Shown one piece after another: positions 35,983-45,192 of a DNA stretch of 64,000 bases. Position numbers and translations under genes: made by a program. Within the stretch, counting starts at the first letter, position 1, and the number at the start of each line of letters is the position of its first letter. The notes under the pieces were generated by a model. The model searched no databases and was not told the DNA's origin. It was given only the letters and a program-made list of their open reading frames with translations. Source of the stretch: Eubacterium sp. CAG:180. GTDB lineage: Bacteria; Bacillota; Clostridia; Oscillospirales; CAG-272. The stretch lies in assembly GCA_963628215.1 (NCBI GenBank), contig CAVGEJ010000001.1, positions 12,571 to 76,570 on the forward strand, written 5' to 3'.

Positions 35983-37659
35983 GTGGCAAACTGTCTGACG
36001 CTGAAAAAATCCAATTGCAAAAACTGCTATAAATGCATCCGGCATTGCCCCGTTAAGTCCATCCGCTTTTCGGGCAATCAGGCGCATATCATCGGAAACG
36101 AGTGCATTCTCTGCGGTCAGTGCTTTGTGGTCTGCCCGCAGAATGCCAAGCAGATCGTGGACGAGACCGAAAAGGTTAAGGTTCTGATCCAGTCCGGTGA
36201 TCCCGTTTATGTCAGTCTGGCGCCGTCCTTTATCGCCAACTATGCGGAAATCGGCATCGAAGGGATGCGGAAGGCGCTGAAAAAACTCGGCTTCGCGGAC
36301 GCGGAGGAAACGGCGATCGGAGCAAACATCGTCAAGACCGAATACGAAAAACTTCTGGCAGAGGGCGACCGTGATATTGTGATCTCCTCCTGCTGTCATT
36401 CGGTCAATCTGCTGATTCAGAAGTACTTCCCGCGCGAGTTGGAAATGCTCGCCGACGTTCTGTCACCGATGCAGGCGCACTGCCGCGACATCAAACGGCG
36501 TGTCCCGAACGCAAAGACCGTTTTCATCGGTCCGTGCGTGGCAAAAAAGGACGAGGCGGAGTATTACAGCGGCATTGTGGATGCGGTTCTGACCTACGAG
36601 GAACTCACCGCATGGTTTGACGCGACGCATGTGCGGTTGGAACCGGATATGGATCACACAGAGGAAAGCCGCGCGCGCTTCTTCCCGACAACGGGAGGAA
36701 TCCTCAAAACGATGGCGCAGAACGCCCCGGGATATGCCTATATGGCAATCGACGGCGTAGAAAACTGCATTGCCGCGCTGCGCGACATCGAAAGCGGGAA
36801 GATTCACAAGTGCTTTATCGAAATGTCGGCGTGTATCAGCAGTTGCGTCGGCGGTCCTGTGATGGAGAAATACCACCGCGCCCCGGTTGCGGATTACATG
36901 GCGGTTGCGCAGTATGCGGGCTCGCGCGATTTCAATGTCGCTCAACCCGAAAGCGATACGTTGCGCAAGCATTTTGAGCCGATCGAACGTCGGTACGGAA
37001 CGCCGAGCGAGGACGAGATCGCCGAAATCCTGCGCAAAATGGGGAAAACCAAACCCGAGGACGAATTGAACTGCGGCTCATGCGGGTATGATACCTGTCG
37101 GGAAAAGGCGATTGCAATCTATCACGGTAAGGCGGAAATCTCCATGTGCCTGCCGTATCTCAAGGAAAAAGCCGAAAGCTTTTCCGATTGCATCGTCAAC
37201 AATACGCCGAACGGTCTGATCGTTGTCAACGACGCATTGGAAGTTCAGCAGATCAACGCGGCGGCAAGAAAGATCATGAACATCCGCTCCGCTTCGGATA
37301 TTCTGGGAGATCAGGTGGTTCGGATTCTCGACCCAACCGTTTTTCTCAAAGTTCTGGAAACCAAACGGAGCATCCGCGATCAACGCGTGTACCTCGCCGA
37401 ATACAAGAAATATGTGGAGCAGACCGTGGTGTACGACAGCACCTATCAGATGCTTGTCTGCATCATGCGCGACGTGACCGACGAGGAAACCGAGCGTGAA
37501 AAGAAAGAGGACATCAGCCGCCGCACGGTGGAAATTGCCGACAAGGTGGTTGACAAGCAGATGCGGATTGTGCAGGAGATAGCCTCTCTGCTCGGAGAAA
37601 CGGCGGCGGAAACCAAGATCGCGCTGACCAAGCTGAAGGAGAGTATTTCCGATGAATGA
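35983..37659 (+). CDS. hydS: HydS-like putative sensory [FeFe]-hydrogenase (2x[4Fe-4S] ferredoxin + H-cluster domain + Cys4 + PAS + coiled coil)
   Basis: GTG start after AAGGAGG. CKNCYKCIRHCP / CILCGQCFVVCP are followed by the H-domain motifs SSCCHS, GPCVAKKDE and EMSACISSCVGGP. After those come CGSCGYDTC, a PAS-like stretch (IVNNTPNGLIVVND...ILGDQV) and a charged helical tail. Confidence 0.85.
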   Translation: MANCLTLKKSNCKNCYKCIRHCPVKSIRFSGNQAHIIGNECILCGQCFVVCPQNAKQIVDETEKVKVLIQSGDPVYVSLAPSFIANYAEIGIEGMRKALKKLGFADAEETAIGANIVKTEYEKLLAEGDRDIVISSCCHSVNLLIQKYFPRELEMLADVLSPMQAHCRDIKRRVPNAKTVFIGPCVAKKDEAEYYSGIVDAVLTYEELTAWFDATHVRLEPDMDHTEESRARFFPTTGGILKTMAQNAPGYAYMAIDGVENCIAALRDIESGKIHKCFIEMSACISSCVGGPVMEKYHRAPVADYMAVAQYAGSRDFNVAQPESDTLRKHFEPIERRYGTPSEDEIAEILRKMGKTKPEDELNCGSCGYDTCREKAIAIYHGKAEISMCLPYLKEKAESFSDCIVNNTPNGLIVVNDALEVQQINAAARKIMNIRSASDILGDQVVRILDPTVFLKVLETKRSIRDQRVYLAEYKKYVEQTVVYDSTYQMLVCIMRDVTDEETEREKKEDISRRTVEIADKVVDKQMRIVQEIASLLGETAAETKIALTKLKESISDE

Positions 37660-38824
37660 CCTTTGCGCCGATATCGGCTACAGAAGCATTAACCATATCG
37701 GGGAACAGCTCTGCGGAGACCATGTGGACGTGGTGGAGCAGGGGGACAATTCCACGGTCATTGTGCTGGCGGACGGTCTCGGAAGCGGCGTGAAGGCGAG
37801 CATTCTTTCCACGCTGACCTCCAAGATCATCTCCACCATGATGGCGGAAGGACTGACGCTCGAGGACTGCGTGGAGACCATTGCGCAGACCCTGCCGATC
37901 TGCAGCGTCCGCGGCGTGGCATATTCCACCTTTACCATCCTGCATCTGGTGGATAACCGCGAAATGGAACTGATCCAGTACGACAACCCGTTGGTGATTC
38001 TGTTGCGGGACGGCAAGAACTACGACTACCCCAAAACCGAGATGAACATCGGCGGAAAAAAGATCTATAAATCGGTGGTCAAGCTGTTGGAAAACGATAT
38101 CTTCGTTGCCATGAGCGACGGTTGCCCGCATGCGGGAATCGGTCTTGCCTACAATTTCGGTTGGAAGCGGGAGGACATCATCAGCTTTATGGAGACGGTT
38201 GCCATTGCGGGCTACACCGCAAAAACGCTGTCCACCATTCTGATCGATGAAGTCAACAAGCTTTACGAGCGAAAGCCCGGAGACGACGCCACCGCCTGTG
38301 TGGTTCGCATCCGTCGGCGCGAACCGATGAATATCCTGTTCGGTCCGCCGTCCAACCGCGACGACTGCAACCGCATGATGTCGCTCTTCTTCTCAAAGGA
38401 AGGCAAGCACATCGTCTGCGGCGGAACAACTTCGTCCATCGCGGCAAAATATCTCGGAAAACCGATCAAGGCAAGTCTGAATTTTGTCAAGAGCGATATT
38501 CCGCCGATTGCGGAAATCGAAGGGGTCGACCTCGTAACCGAAGGCGTTATCACCATCAACCGCGTTGTGGAATACGCCAAGGATTCGGTTGGGGAGAACC
38601 GCCTTTACGAAAAATGGAGTTTTGGGCACGACGGCGCGTCTCTGATCTGCCGGATGCTGTTTGAAGAAGCCACGGATATCAACTTCTTTGTTGGCAGAGC
38701 CATTAACCCGGCGCACCAGAACCCGGATCTGCCGATCAATTTCAACATCAAAATGAATCTGGTTGAAGAACTGTCCGCCTGCCTGCGCAAGATGGGAAAG
38801 CGGATCAAGGTCAGCTATTTCTGA
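37652..38824 (+). CDS. SpoIIE/PP2C-family serine phosphatase with an uncharacterised C-terminal domain
   Basis: GDHVDVVEQGDNSTVIVLADGLGSGVKASILS...AMSDG...GDDATACVVRI (PP2C metal-binding Asp pattern, aa 1-222). I do not recognise aa ~225-390. 8-nt overlap with hydS. Confidence 0.85.
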   Translation: MNDLCADIGYRSINHIGEQLCGDHVDVVEQGDNSTVIVLADGLGSGVKASILSTLTSKIISTMMAEGLTLEDCVETIAQTLPICSVRGVAYSTFTILHLVDNREMELIQYDNPLVILLRDGKNYDYPKTEMNIGGKKIYKSVVKLLENDIFVAMSDGCPHAGIGLAYNFGWKREDIISFMETVAIAGYTAKTLSTILIDEVNKLYERKPGDDATACVVRIRRREPMNILFGPPSNRDDCNRMMSLFFSKEGKHIVCGGTTSSIAAKYLGKPIKASLNFVKSDIPPIAEIEGVDLVTEGVITINRVVEYAKDSVGENRLYEKWSFGHDGASLICRMLFEEATDINFFVGRAINPAHQNPDLPINFNIKMNLVEELSACLRKMGKRIKVSYF

Positions 38825-38842
38825 GCCCACGGAGGGAAACAT

Positions 38843-40264
38843 ATGAGAAAATTCGATACAAAAGTCCAACATCTGAAGTACAAGGTACTCAGAGAGGTGG
38901 CAAGAGAGGCGTGGGCGGACCGTCTGGCACAGACCGCGATCGATATTCCGAAAACCATTGTGCCCGGCAAGATTCCCACCATGCGTTGCTGCGTTTACAA
39001 AGAGCGCGCAATTCTGGCGGAGCGGGTCAAAATCGCGATGGGGGGAGACCGGAACAACCCGAACGTGATTGAGGTCATCGACATCGCCTGCGACGAATGC
39101 CCGATGGGCGGCTACGAGGTGACCAACGCCTGCCGCGGATGTCTGGCGCACCGTTGCGAGGACGCTTGCCGCTTTGGCGCGATCACCTTTGACCAGAACC
39201 ATGTGGCGCACATTGACAAGACCAAATGCAAGGAGTGCGGCGGATGCGCGAAGGTTTGTCCTTACAGCGCAATCCACAACTACAAGCGCCCCTGCGAGAC
39301 CGCCTGCAAGGTCAAGGCGATTTCGATGGGCGAGGAAAAGCAGGCTTGCATTGACAACAACAAGTGCATTTCCTGCGGCGCATGCGTATACCAGTGCCCG
39401 TTTGGCGCAATTACGGACAAGTCCTTCATTCTCAAGGTGATTGACATTCTGAAAAACAGCCGCGAGGGCAAGGAATACAAGGTTTACGCCATTGTTGCGC
39501 CGTCGATTTCGAGCCAGTTCACCTATGCAAAGCTTGGGCAGGTGATTACGGGTTTGCGCGAACTCGGATTCCATACCGTCATTGAGGCGGCGCTTGGCGC
39601 TGACATGGTGGCGCAGGCGGAGTCCCGCGAGCTTGCCGAAAAGGGCTTCCTGACCAGTTCCTGCTGTCCCGCATTCGTTGACTACATCCACAAGAATTTC
39701 CCCGAACTGGAGCAGTTTGTCTCGCACAATCTCTCTCCGATGGCAACCATTGCGAAGTACCTCAAGGAGCATGAGCCGGACTGCAAGACGGTCTTTATCG
39801 GTCCTTGCACCGCAAAGAAGATGGAGGTACAGAAAGAGAGCGTCAGCCCGTACATTGACACGGCGATGACGTTTGAGGAACTGCAGGCGCTCTTTGACAG
39901 CCGCGATATTGATATCACGACGTTGGAAGAAGGCGTTCTGGACAATGCTTCCTACTTCGGCAGAATCTTTGCGCGCAGCGGCGGACTTTCGGATGCGGTT
40001 GCGGAGGGGTTGAAGGAGCAGGGGATCGATTTCCTGCTGAAGCCCTGTGCGTGCGACGGCATTGAGCAATGCAAGATCGCGCTTCTGCAAAAGAGCAAGA
40101 ATCGGTTGGACGCGAACTTCATTGAAGGCATGGCGTGTGTTGGCGGTTGCATTGGCGGTGCAGGCTGTCTGACGCACGGCGAAAAAAACAAAGCCGAGGT
40201 TGACAAGTACGGCAAGCAGGCGCTCGAAAAGACCATTGCCGATGCGGTTTCGATGTTGAAATAA
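38843..40264 (+). CDS. hydA: [FeFe]-hydrogenase, group B type (catalytic)
   Basis: The N-terminus MRKFDTKVQHLKYKVLREVA is followed by Cys-rich Fe-S modules (CKECGGCAKVCP, CISCGACVYQCP). H-cluster motifs are intact: TSSCCPAF, GPCTAKK, EGMACVGGCIGG. Confidence 0.9.
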   Translation: MRKFDTKVQHLKYKVLREVAREAWADRLAQTAIDIPKTIVPGKIPTMRCCVYKERAILAERVKIAMGGDRNNPNVIEVIDIACDECPMGGYEVTNACRGCLAHRCEDACRFGAITFDQNHVAHIDKTKCKECGGCAKVCPYSAIHNYKRPCETACKVKAISMGEEKQACIDNNKCISCGACVYQCPFGAITDKSFILKVIDILKNSREGKEYKVYAIVAPSISSQFTYAKLGQVITGLRELGFHTVIEAALGADMVAQAESRELAEKGFLTSSCCPAFVDYIHKNFPELEQFVSHNLSPMATIAKYLKEHEPDCKTVFIGPCTAKKMEVQKESVSPYIDTAMTFEELQALFDSRDIDITTLEEGVLDNASYFGRIFARSGGLSDAVAEGLKEQGIDFLLKPCACDGIEQCKIALLQKSKNRLDANFIEGMACVGGCIGGAGCLTHGEKNKAEVDKYGKQALEKTIADAVSMLK

Positions 40265-40277
40265 GGGATAAGACCTT

Positions 40278-40320
40278 GGAGGGAGAAGAGACCCCTTTCG
40301 GAGGGGTCTCTTCTCCCTCC
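40278..40320. other. perfect 19-bp stem / 5-nt loop hairpin immediately after the hydA stop
   Basis: GGAGGGAGAAGAGACCCCT-ttcgg-AGGGGTCTCTTCTCCCTCC. No flanking T-run on either strand. Confidence 0.7.
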
Positions 40321-40340
40321 AAGCCTCCCTCTTCTCCCCG

Positions 40341-40426
40341 AACTTCCCCACAGAACCCCGTCCTTACCTGAGCGAAAATTTGTTTCGCTTTTTGGATGGG
40401 CGGGGTTCTGTGGGGAAGTTTTTTGA
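40341..40426 (+). terminator. compound terminator: 20-bp outer stem enclosing an inner hairpin, followed by T6
   Basis: AACTTCCCCACAGAACCCCG (40341-40360) pairs with CGGGGTTCTGTGGGGAAGTT (40401-40420), then TTTTTTG. Inner hairpin AGCGAAA-atttg-TTTCGCT + TTTTT at 40371-40394. Confidence 0.6.
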
Positions 40427-40457
40427 ATTTCAGGGAGGAATTTTGCAATAGAGAATA

Positions 40458-40485
40458 CCCCATTCGTCGAGGTGGACGAATGGGG
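40458..40485 (-). terminator. hairpin downstream of ruvB (likely its terminator)
   Basis: CCCCATTCGTC-gaggtg-GACGAATGGGG, perfect 11 bp. It starts 7 nt after the ruvB stop. T-rich flanks on both strands. Confidence 0.55.
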
Positions 40486-40491
40486 CGTTGT

Positions 40492-41565
40492 TTATTTGTT
40501 TTCGTTCCCGCTGTCAAACATCTGCATTTGTTCGGCGGGGGCTTGCGGGGGACGGTAGGGGATTCCGAGGTGTTCATAGGCAAGGCGGGTAACGCATCTG
40601 CCGCGCGGGGTACGGCTGAGGTAGCCGATTTGCATGAGGTATGGCTCGTAGACATCCTCGAGCGTCACGGCTTCCTCGCCGACGGTTGCGGCAAGCGTTT
40701 CCAGACCCACCGGACCGCCGTCGTAGAAGTCGATAATGGTTTTCAGCATCCGACGGTCGGTGTTATCCAGTCCCAACTCGTCGATTTCCAGTTTGGTCAG
40801 CGCGTAGTTTGCGATTGCCGCGTTGATCTCTCCGTTGCCTTTGATCTGCGCGAAGTCACGCACACGTTTGAGCAGGCGGTTTGCGATACGCGGCGTTCCG
40901 CGCGAACGTCCTGCGATTTCTCTTGCACCGTCGCCTGAAATCTCCATGCCGAGGATGCCCGCGCTGCGGGTCACGATCTCCGCCAGTTCTTCGGGCGTGT
41001 AAAGTTCCAGTTTCATCAGCACGCCGAAACGGTCGCGCAGAGGGGTGGTCATCTGACCCGCCCGCGTGGTTGCGCCGATCAGCGTGAATTTCGGCAGGTC
41101 GATCCGCAGGCTTCGCGCCGACGGACCTTTGCCGATGATGATATCCAGCGCGTAGTCCTCCATTGCGGGGTAGAGAATTTCTTCAACCGATCGGGAAAGG
41201 CGGTGAATCTCGTCGATGAACAGGACATCGCCCTCGGAAAGGTTGGTCAGAAGCGCCGCGAGGTCGCCCTGCTTTTCAATGGCAGGACCTGACGTGATGC
41301 GGATATTGACCCCCATTTCGGAGGCGATGATATTCGCAAGCGTGGTCTTGCCAAGCCCGGGAGGACCGTAAAGCAGAACATGGTCGAGCGGTTCTCCGCG
41401 CTTCTTCGCGGCGGCAATGTAGACTTTGAGAATCTCTTTGGTCTTTTCTTGCCCGATGTAGTCGTCCAGAAACTTCGGGCGCAGGGAAAGTTCGGTTTCC
41501 GCGTCATCCGAGGTATATCCGGTGTTCATGATACGGTTTTCAAAATCGAATTCGTTTGTATCCAT
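40492..41565 (-). CDS. ruvB: Holliday junction branch-migration helicase RuvB
   Basis: [14 protein letters not shown]...[14 protein letters not shown]...FIDEIHRL...GATTR...[11 protein letters not shown]. Confidence 0.97.
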   Translation of the reverse strand: MDTNEFDFENRIMNTGYTSDDAETELSLRPKFLDDYIGQEKTKEILKVYIAAAKKRGEPLDHVLLYGPPGLGKTTLANIIASEMGVNIRITSGPAIEKQGDLAALLTNLSEGDVLFIDEIHRLSRSVEEILYPAMEDYALDIIIGKGPSARSLRIDLPKFTLIGATTRAGQMTTPLRDRFGVLMKLELYTPEELAEIVTRSAGILGMEISGDGAREIAGRSRGTPRIANRLLKRVRDFAQIKGNGEINAAIANYALTKLEIDELGLDNTDRRMLKTIIDFYDGGPVGLETLAATVGEEAVTLEDVYEPYLMQIGYLSRTPRGRCVTRLAYEHLGIPYRPPQAPAEQMQMFDSGNENK

Positions 41566-41589
41566 AACAGTCCGTCAGTCCTTTCGCCG

Positions 41590-42216
41590 TCAGTATTTCA
41601 TCAGGTTCTTCAGCGCCGCGCGGATGATGGCTTCCAATTCCAACCGATCGGTGTCAACCGTTTTCAGCGCCGTCAGCGCCTCGGGGCGGGAGTAGCCGAG
41701 CACAATCAGCGCGTCAACCGCTTCGCTGAGTTTGCCTCTTCCGGCAGGAGCGGCGGGGGCAGAGGAGACAGCCCCGCCGTCGGGAATTGCGCCGCCGTTT
41801 TCCTTCAGCATCTTGTCCTTCAGTTCCAGAATAATCCTTGCCGCCGTTTTCGGACCGACCCCGTTTGCGCGGGAGATGGTCTTGCGGTCGTCGGTGCAGA
41901 CCGCAAGCGCGAATTTCTCGGGTGAGAGCAGGGAAAGCACGGCGAGCGCCGCTTTTGGTCCAACGCCCGAAACGGTGAGCAACATCCGGAAAGAGGAAAG
42001 TTCCGCCTGTGTGGCGAATCCGTAGAGTTCGATATCGTCCTCCCGCACGGCAAGGTGCGTATAAAGCGTGACCTGCGGCGGGTCGGTGACCGAGCGCGGC
42101 GGCATGGCTTCGTAGGTCGTGCCGCTGACGGTCAGCTTATATCCGACTCCGCCGACGTCGACCACCGCAAAGGTCGGCTCCAGATGGACAAGCTTGCCTT
42201 TGATATAGTAAAACAT
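41590..42216 (-). CDS. ruvA: Holliday junction DNA helicase RuvA
   Basis: MFYYIKGKLVHLEPTFAVVDVGGVGYKL...FRMLLTVSGVGPKAALAVLS...ANGVGPKTAARIILELKDK. Confidence 0.95.
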   Translation of the reverse strand: MFYYIKGKLVHLEPTFAVVDVGGVGYKLTVSGTTYEAMPPRSVTDPPQVTLYTHLAVREDDIELYGFATQAELSSFRMLLTVSGVGPKAALAVLSLLSPEKFALAVCTDDRKTISRANGVGPKTAARIILELKDKMLKENGGAIPDGGAVSSAPAAPAGRGKLSEAVDALIVLGYSRPEALTALKTVDTDRLELEAIIRAALKNLMKY

Positions 42217-42222
42217 GAGAAG

Positions 42223-45192
42223 TTACTCCTTTCGGGAATCGTCCGAAGTCTTTTCCGCGTCCTGTTCTTTGGTCTCCGCCTTTTTGCGCGGAACTGTGGA
42301 AACCACGCCGCGCAGGATCGGAACGCGCCGCAGAACGGGGGAGAAGATGAGCAGGGCAAGGAACAGAAGAACCGAAATGCCCGAAATCGTCAGCCCCAAT
42401 ACCAACGTGCGCGGGCGGTAAACCAGTTGAATGTCATGCGTACCCGCGTCGCCGTCCACACGGAAGGCAACCAGTGCGCCGAGCGCTTTCACGGTCTCGA
42501 CTTCCTTGCCGTCCACCGTGACCTTCCACCCCGAATCATAGGCAAGGGTGGTCAGGATCAATTCATTGTCGCGGCTCGTTGTCACGCTTCCGTCAAAGGA
42601 ATGCTCGGTGTAGTCCTCGATGAGGAATTGATCGGAAGCAAGGCGCGCAAAGGCATCCTCGAACGCCGTTTTGTCGATCATGGCAATCACAGGTTCGGAT
42701 TTGACATAATAGATATCTTTTCCGGTCGGAGTCACGCGCAGGGTCAGCCTGTCACCTTTGGAATGCACGCCGAGCGACGCAATCCGCAGATTCTCTCCCG
42801 TGCCCCACTTGCCGCATTCGGTGTAATCGCCCGTTGTGTCGTTTGTCAACGTCAGCGTGACCTCGCGCGGGTACTTTGTGGGCAGATAGAAGAACACCTC
42901 GCCGTCCTGCGGCACTTCAAAGCTGTAAGTGATAACCGAGGAATCCGAAACGCTGCTGTAGCATGTATGCCTTTCGGCATAGTATGGCGCGCCCATTCCC
43001 ACATCGCTTTGCGTGACCTTCACGGGAACGAACAGATCCGCGCGCTCGTCTCCGAGCATCGCCGCAACCATGGCGTTTAGCCGCGTAAAGGGCGTGTAAT
43101 AGGGGTCGGTGTACTCGGCATTCCGAATGGTTTCGTCAATGCCCAGTTTGCCGTTGATAAAGGCTTTCAGTTTGTCAATCGCATTCCCGATTTTGCTTGC
43201 GTCCTCGGGCTTCTTTTCGGTATCCTCGTCGTCCTTTTTTTCGTCCTCCTTCGGCTCGACCGGCTTGTAGCCCAACTCAAAATCCAGCAGGCTGTCGCTC
43301 ACGCCGTAAGCAAGCGAGAGGGCGTAGGGGTTGCGATAGGCGGTGTAGCCGTTGACGGTATCGGAACAGTACGCCTCATACCAGTAGGTTTGCGAGGCAG
43401 ACCCCGTGTCGGAAATGATATACTTCAAGCCGAGCAGGGAATCGTTGATCGGAGTCCCGCCGAGATATTTGGACCAGTGCGACATGGAACTGTAACCCAT
43501 TTTGTCAAGGAACTTGATGGTTTCCTGATTGAGCGTGGAGGTTGAACCCGAAAGCCCGCGGATGTTCAGCGCCATGTTGTCGTTGAGTTTGCGGAAGATG
43601 GTCTTTTCCATGCGGTAAAAGCTTTGGTCGCTTTCCTGCACGGTCTCCACGATCGGGCGGGTGCGGTTCAGATAGTTGTTGTAGTAGCTGTATCTGGAGT
43701 AGACCACATCGTCGTCCAGTGCATTCATGCACCAAAGCCCGTTGAGGAAGCATTCGATTGCAACCACCGCAACCATCACCACGCTGATCACCTGCTTGTC
43801 TTTCCGCGAGCGGTAAAGTCCCAACACCGCGAGCCAGACGGCAATCAGAATCAGCGTAAACCAGATGCAGGTGTAATCGTTGGGCGCAAGATACTCGTTG
43901 TCGGGGTCGACGTACTTCTGTAGAATCACGCAAAGCAGAGCCAGAATTCCGCCCGTTCCCGCAACGGTTTTGAGCGATACGCTGTCAAACTCGTTCATTG
44001 CGCGGCAGGCAAGCACCGTGAGGATGAAGCAGAGCATGAAGCTGTAACGGTAATTGAGCCAGTTGGGGCGTTGGAAGCCGTGCCAGAGCAGGTCGGGAAC
44101 GGAAAGCGAGAAGGAGGCAACGAACAGGAAAATAAAGAGCGCCGCCGCAATCTTCTGCCGCATGGGATATTTGCGGGAGAGGAAATAGGAGGGGATCAAA
44201 AGCAGGGTCAGCACGCCGCAATAAACGAACGGATACCCCGCAGGGCGCACGGTATCGTAAGAGGACGGCAGGAATTTATAAAGCAGATCGAGGATGTCGA
44301 AATTGAAACTCCAGACCCATTTGGTTGTGGAGAACGTGCTCTTTCCGAAGCTGAGCGAATAGTAAGCGCCGAGCAGAATCACCGCCGCAATTCCGACGGC
44401 AAGCAGAGACCAGAACGCCACGCGCAAGCCGGAGCGGAGAAAATGGCAGCGCTCGTTATCCGGGTTGTGCTCGCGGTTCTCGGAATGTCCGAAGTAGCAG
44501 AGGAAAAAGTAGAAGAAGCAGTAGATGCAGACCATGTAGCCGATATAGAAGTTGCTGAACAGGGTAATCGCCAGAGAAACGGTATAGAGGCGGAATTTTC
44601 CCTTCTTGATCAGCGATTCCATTCCGAGCGTGATCATCGGCAGCCACATCATTGCGTCAATCCACATGGTGTTATGCTGTTGGACGATGCCGTAAGCCGA
44701 GAGCGCATAGCAGGTGGCGAACACCACAATTGCAGCTTTGTTCGGCTTTTGGGAAGTCTTGTGCATATAAAGTCCGAACGAACCGCCGCAGAGCGCGGTT
44801 TTGAGCAGGAACAGGAAGAGCAGTCCCTCAAGCATCCGATCCTGCGGGAAGAGCGCCAACAGGTAGGAAAGCGGACTGGCGAGGTAGTAGGCGTAAATGC
44901 CGAGGAATTCGCCGCCGAGCGCGCGGGAGAAGGAGTAGAGCAGATCCGCGTCGCCGTGAACGAAGTTCCGCAAAGCCTCAAAGAACCAGACGTACTGCCC
45001 GTTGAGGTCGAGAACCAACACGCTCCCGTCCCCGAGGGGGTAAAGTTCGCGGGAGAAATAAATCAGATACATCACAACCGCAGGAACCAACATGCACAGA
45101 AGCAGATAACCCCAATCGCCGAAACGGCGCTTTCGGGCTTGTCCTTCTGCGGGCAGAATGGCTTGTACGGTTCGGTTTACAGGACGGTTCAT
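42223..45192 (-). CDS. YfhO-family polytopic membrane protein (putative glycosyltransferase), 989 aa
   Basis: Start MNRPVNRTV (ATG 45192) after AAAGGAAT. Conserved YfhO N-terminus: YPLGDGSVLVLDLNGQYVWFFEALRNFVHGDADLLYSFSRALGGEFLG. Many TM helices, a large C-terminal extracytoplasmic region and a final TM. Confidence 0.85.
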   Translation of the reverse strand: MNRPVNRTVQAILPAEGQARKRRFGDWGYLLLCMLVPAVVMYLIYFSRELYPLGDGSVLVLDLNGQYVWFFEALRNFVHGDADLLYSFSRALGGEFLGIYAYYLASPLSYLLALFPQDRMLEGLLFLFLLKTALCGGSFGLYMHKTSQKPNKAAIVVFATCYALSAYGIVQQHNTMWIDAMMWLPMITLGMESLIKKGKFRLYTVSLAITLFSNFYIGYMVCIYCFFYFFLCYFGHSENREHNPDNERCHFLRSGLRVAFWSLLAVGIAAVILLGAYYSLSFGKSTFSTTKWVWSFNFDILDLLYKFLPSSYDTVRPAGYPFVYCGVLTLLLIPSYFLSRKYPMRQKIAAALFIFLFVASFSLSVPDLLWHGFQRPNWLNYRYSFMLCFILTVLACRAMNEFDSVSLKTVAGTGGILALLCVILQKYVDPDNEYLAPNDYTCIWFTLILIAVWLAVLGLYRSRKDKQVISVVMVAVVAIECFLNGLWCMNALDDDVVYSRYSYYNNYLNRTRPIVETVQESDQSFYRMEKTIFRKLNDNMALNIRGLSGSTSTLNQETIKFLDKMGYSSMSHWSKYLGGTPINDSLLGLKYIISDTGSASQTYWYEAYCSDTVNGYTAYRNPYALSLAYGVSDSLLDFELGYKPVEPKEDEKKDDEDTEKKPEDASKIGNAIDKLKAFINGKLGIDETIRNAEYTDPYYTPFTRLNAMVAAMLGDERADLFVPVKVTQSDVGMGAPYYAERHTCYSSVSDSSVITYSFEVPQDGEVFFYLPTKYPREVTLTLTNDTTGDYTECGKWGTGENLRIASLGVHSKGDRLTLRVTPTGKDIYYVKSEPVIAMIDKTAFEDAFARLASDQFLIEDYTEHSFDGSVTTSRDNELILTTLAYDSGWKVTVDGKEVETVKALGALVAFRVDGDAGTHDIQLVYRPRTLVLGLTISGISVLLFLALLIFSPVLRRVPILRGVVSTVPRKKAETKEQDAEKTSDDSRKE

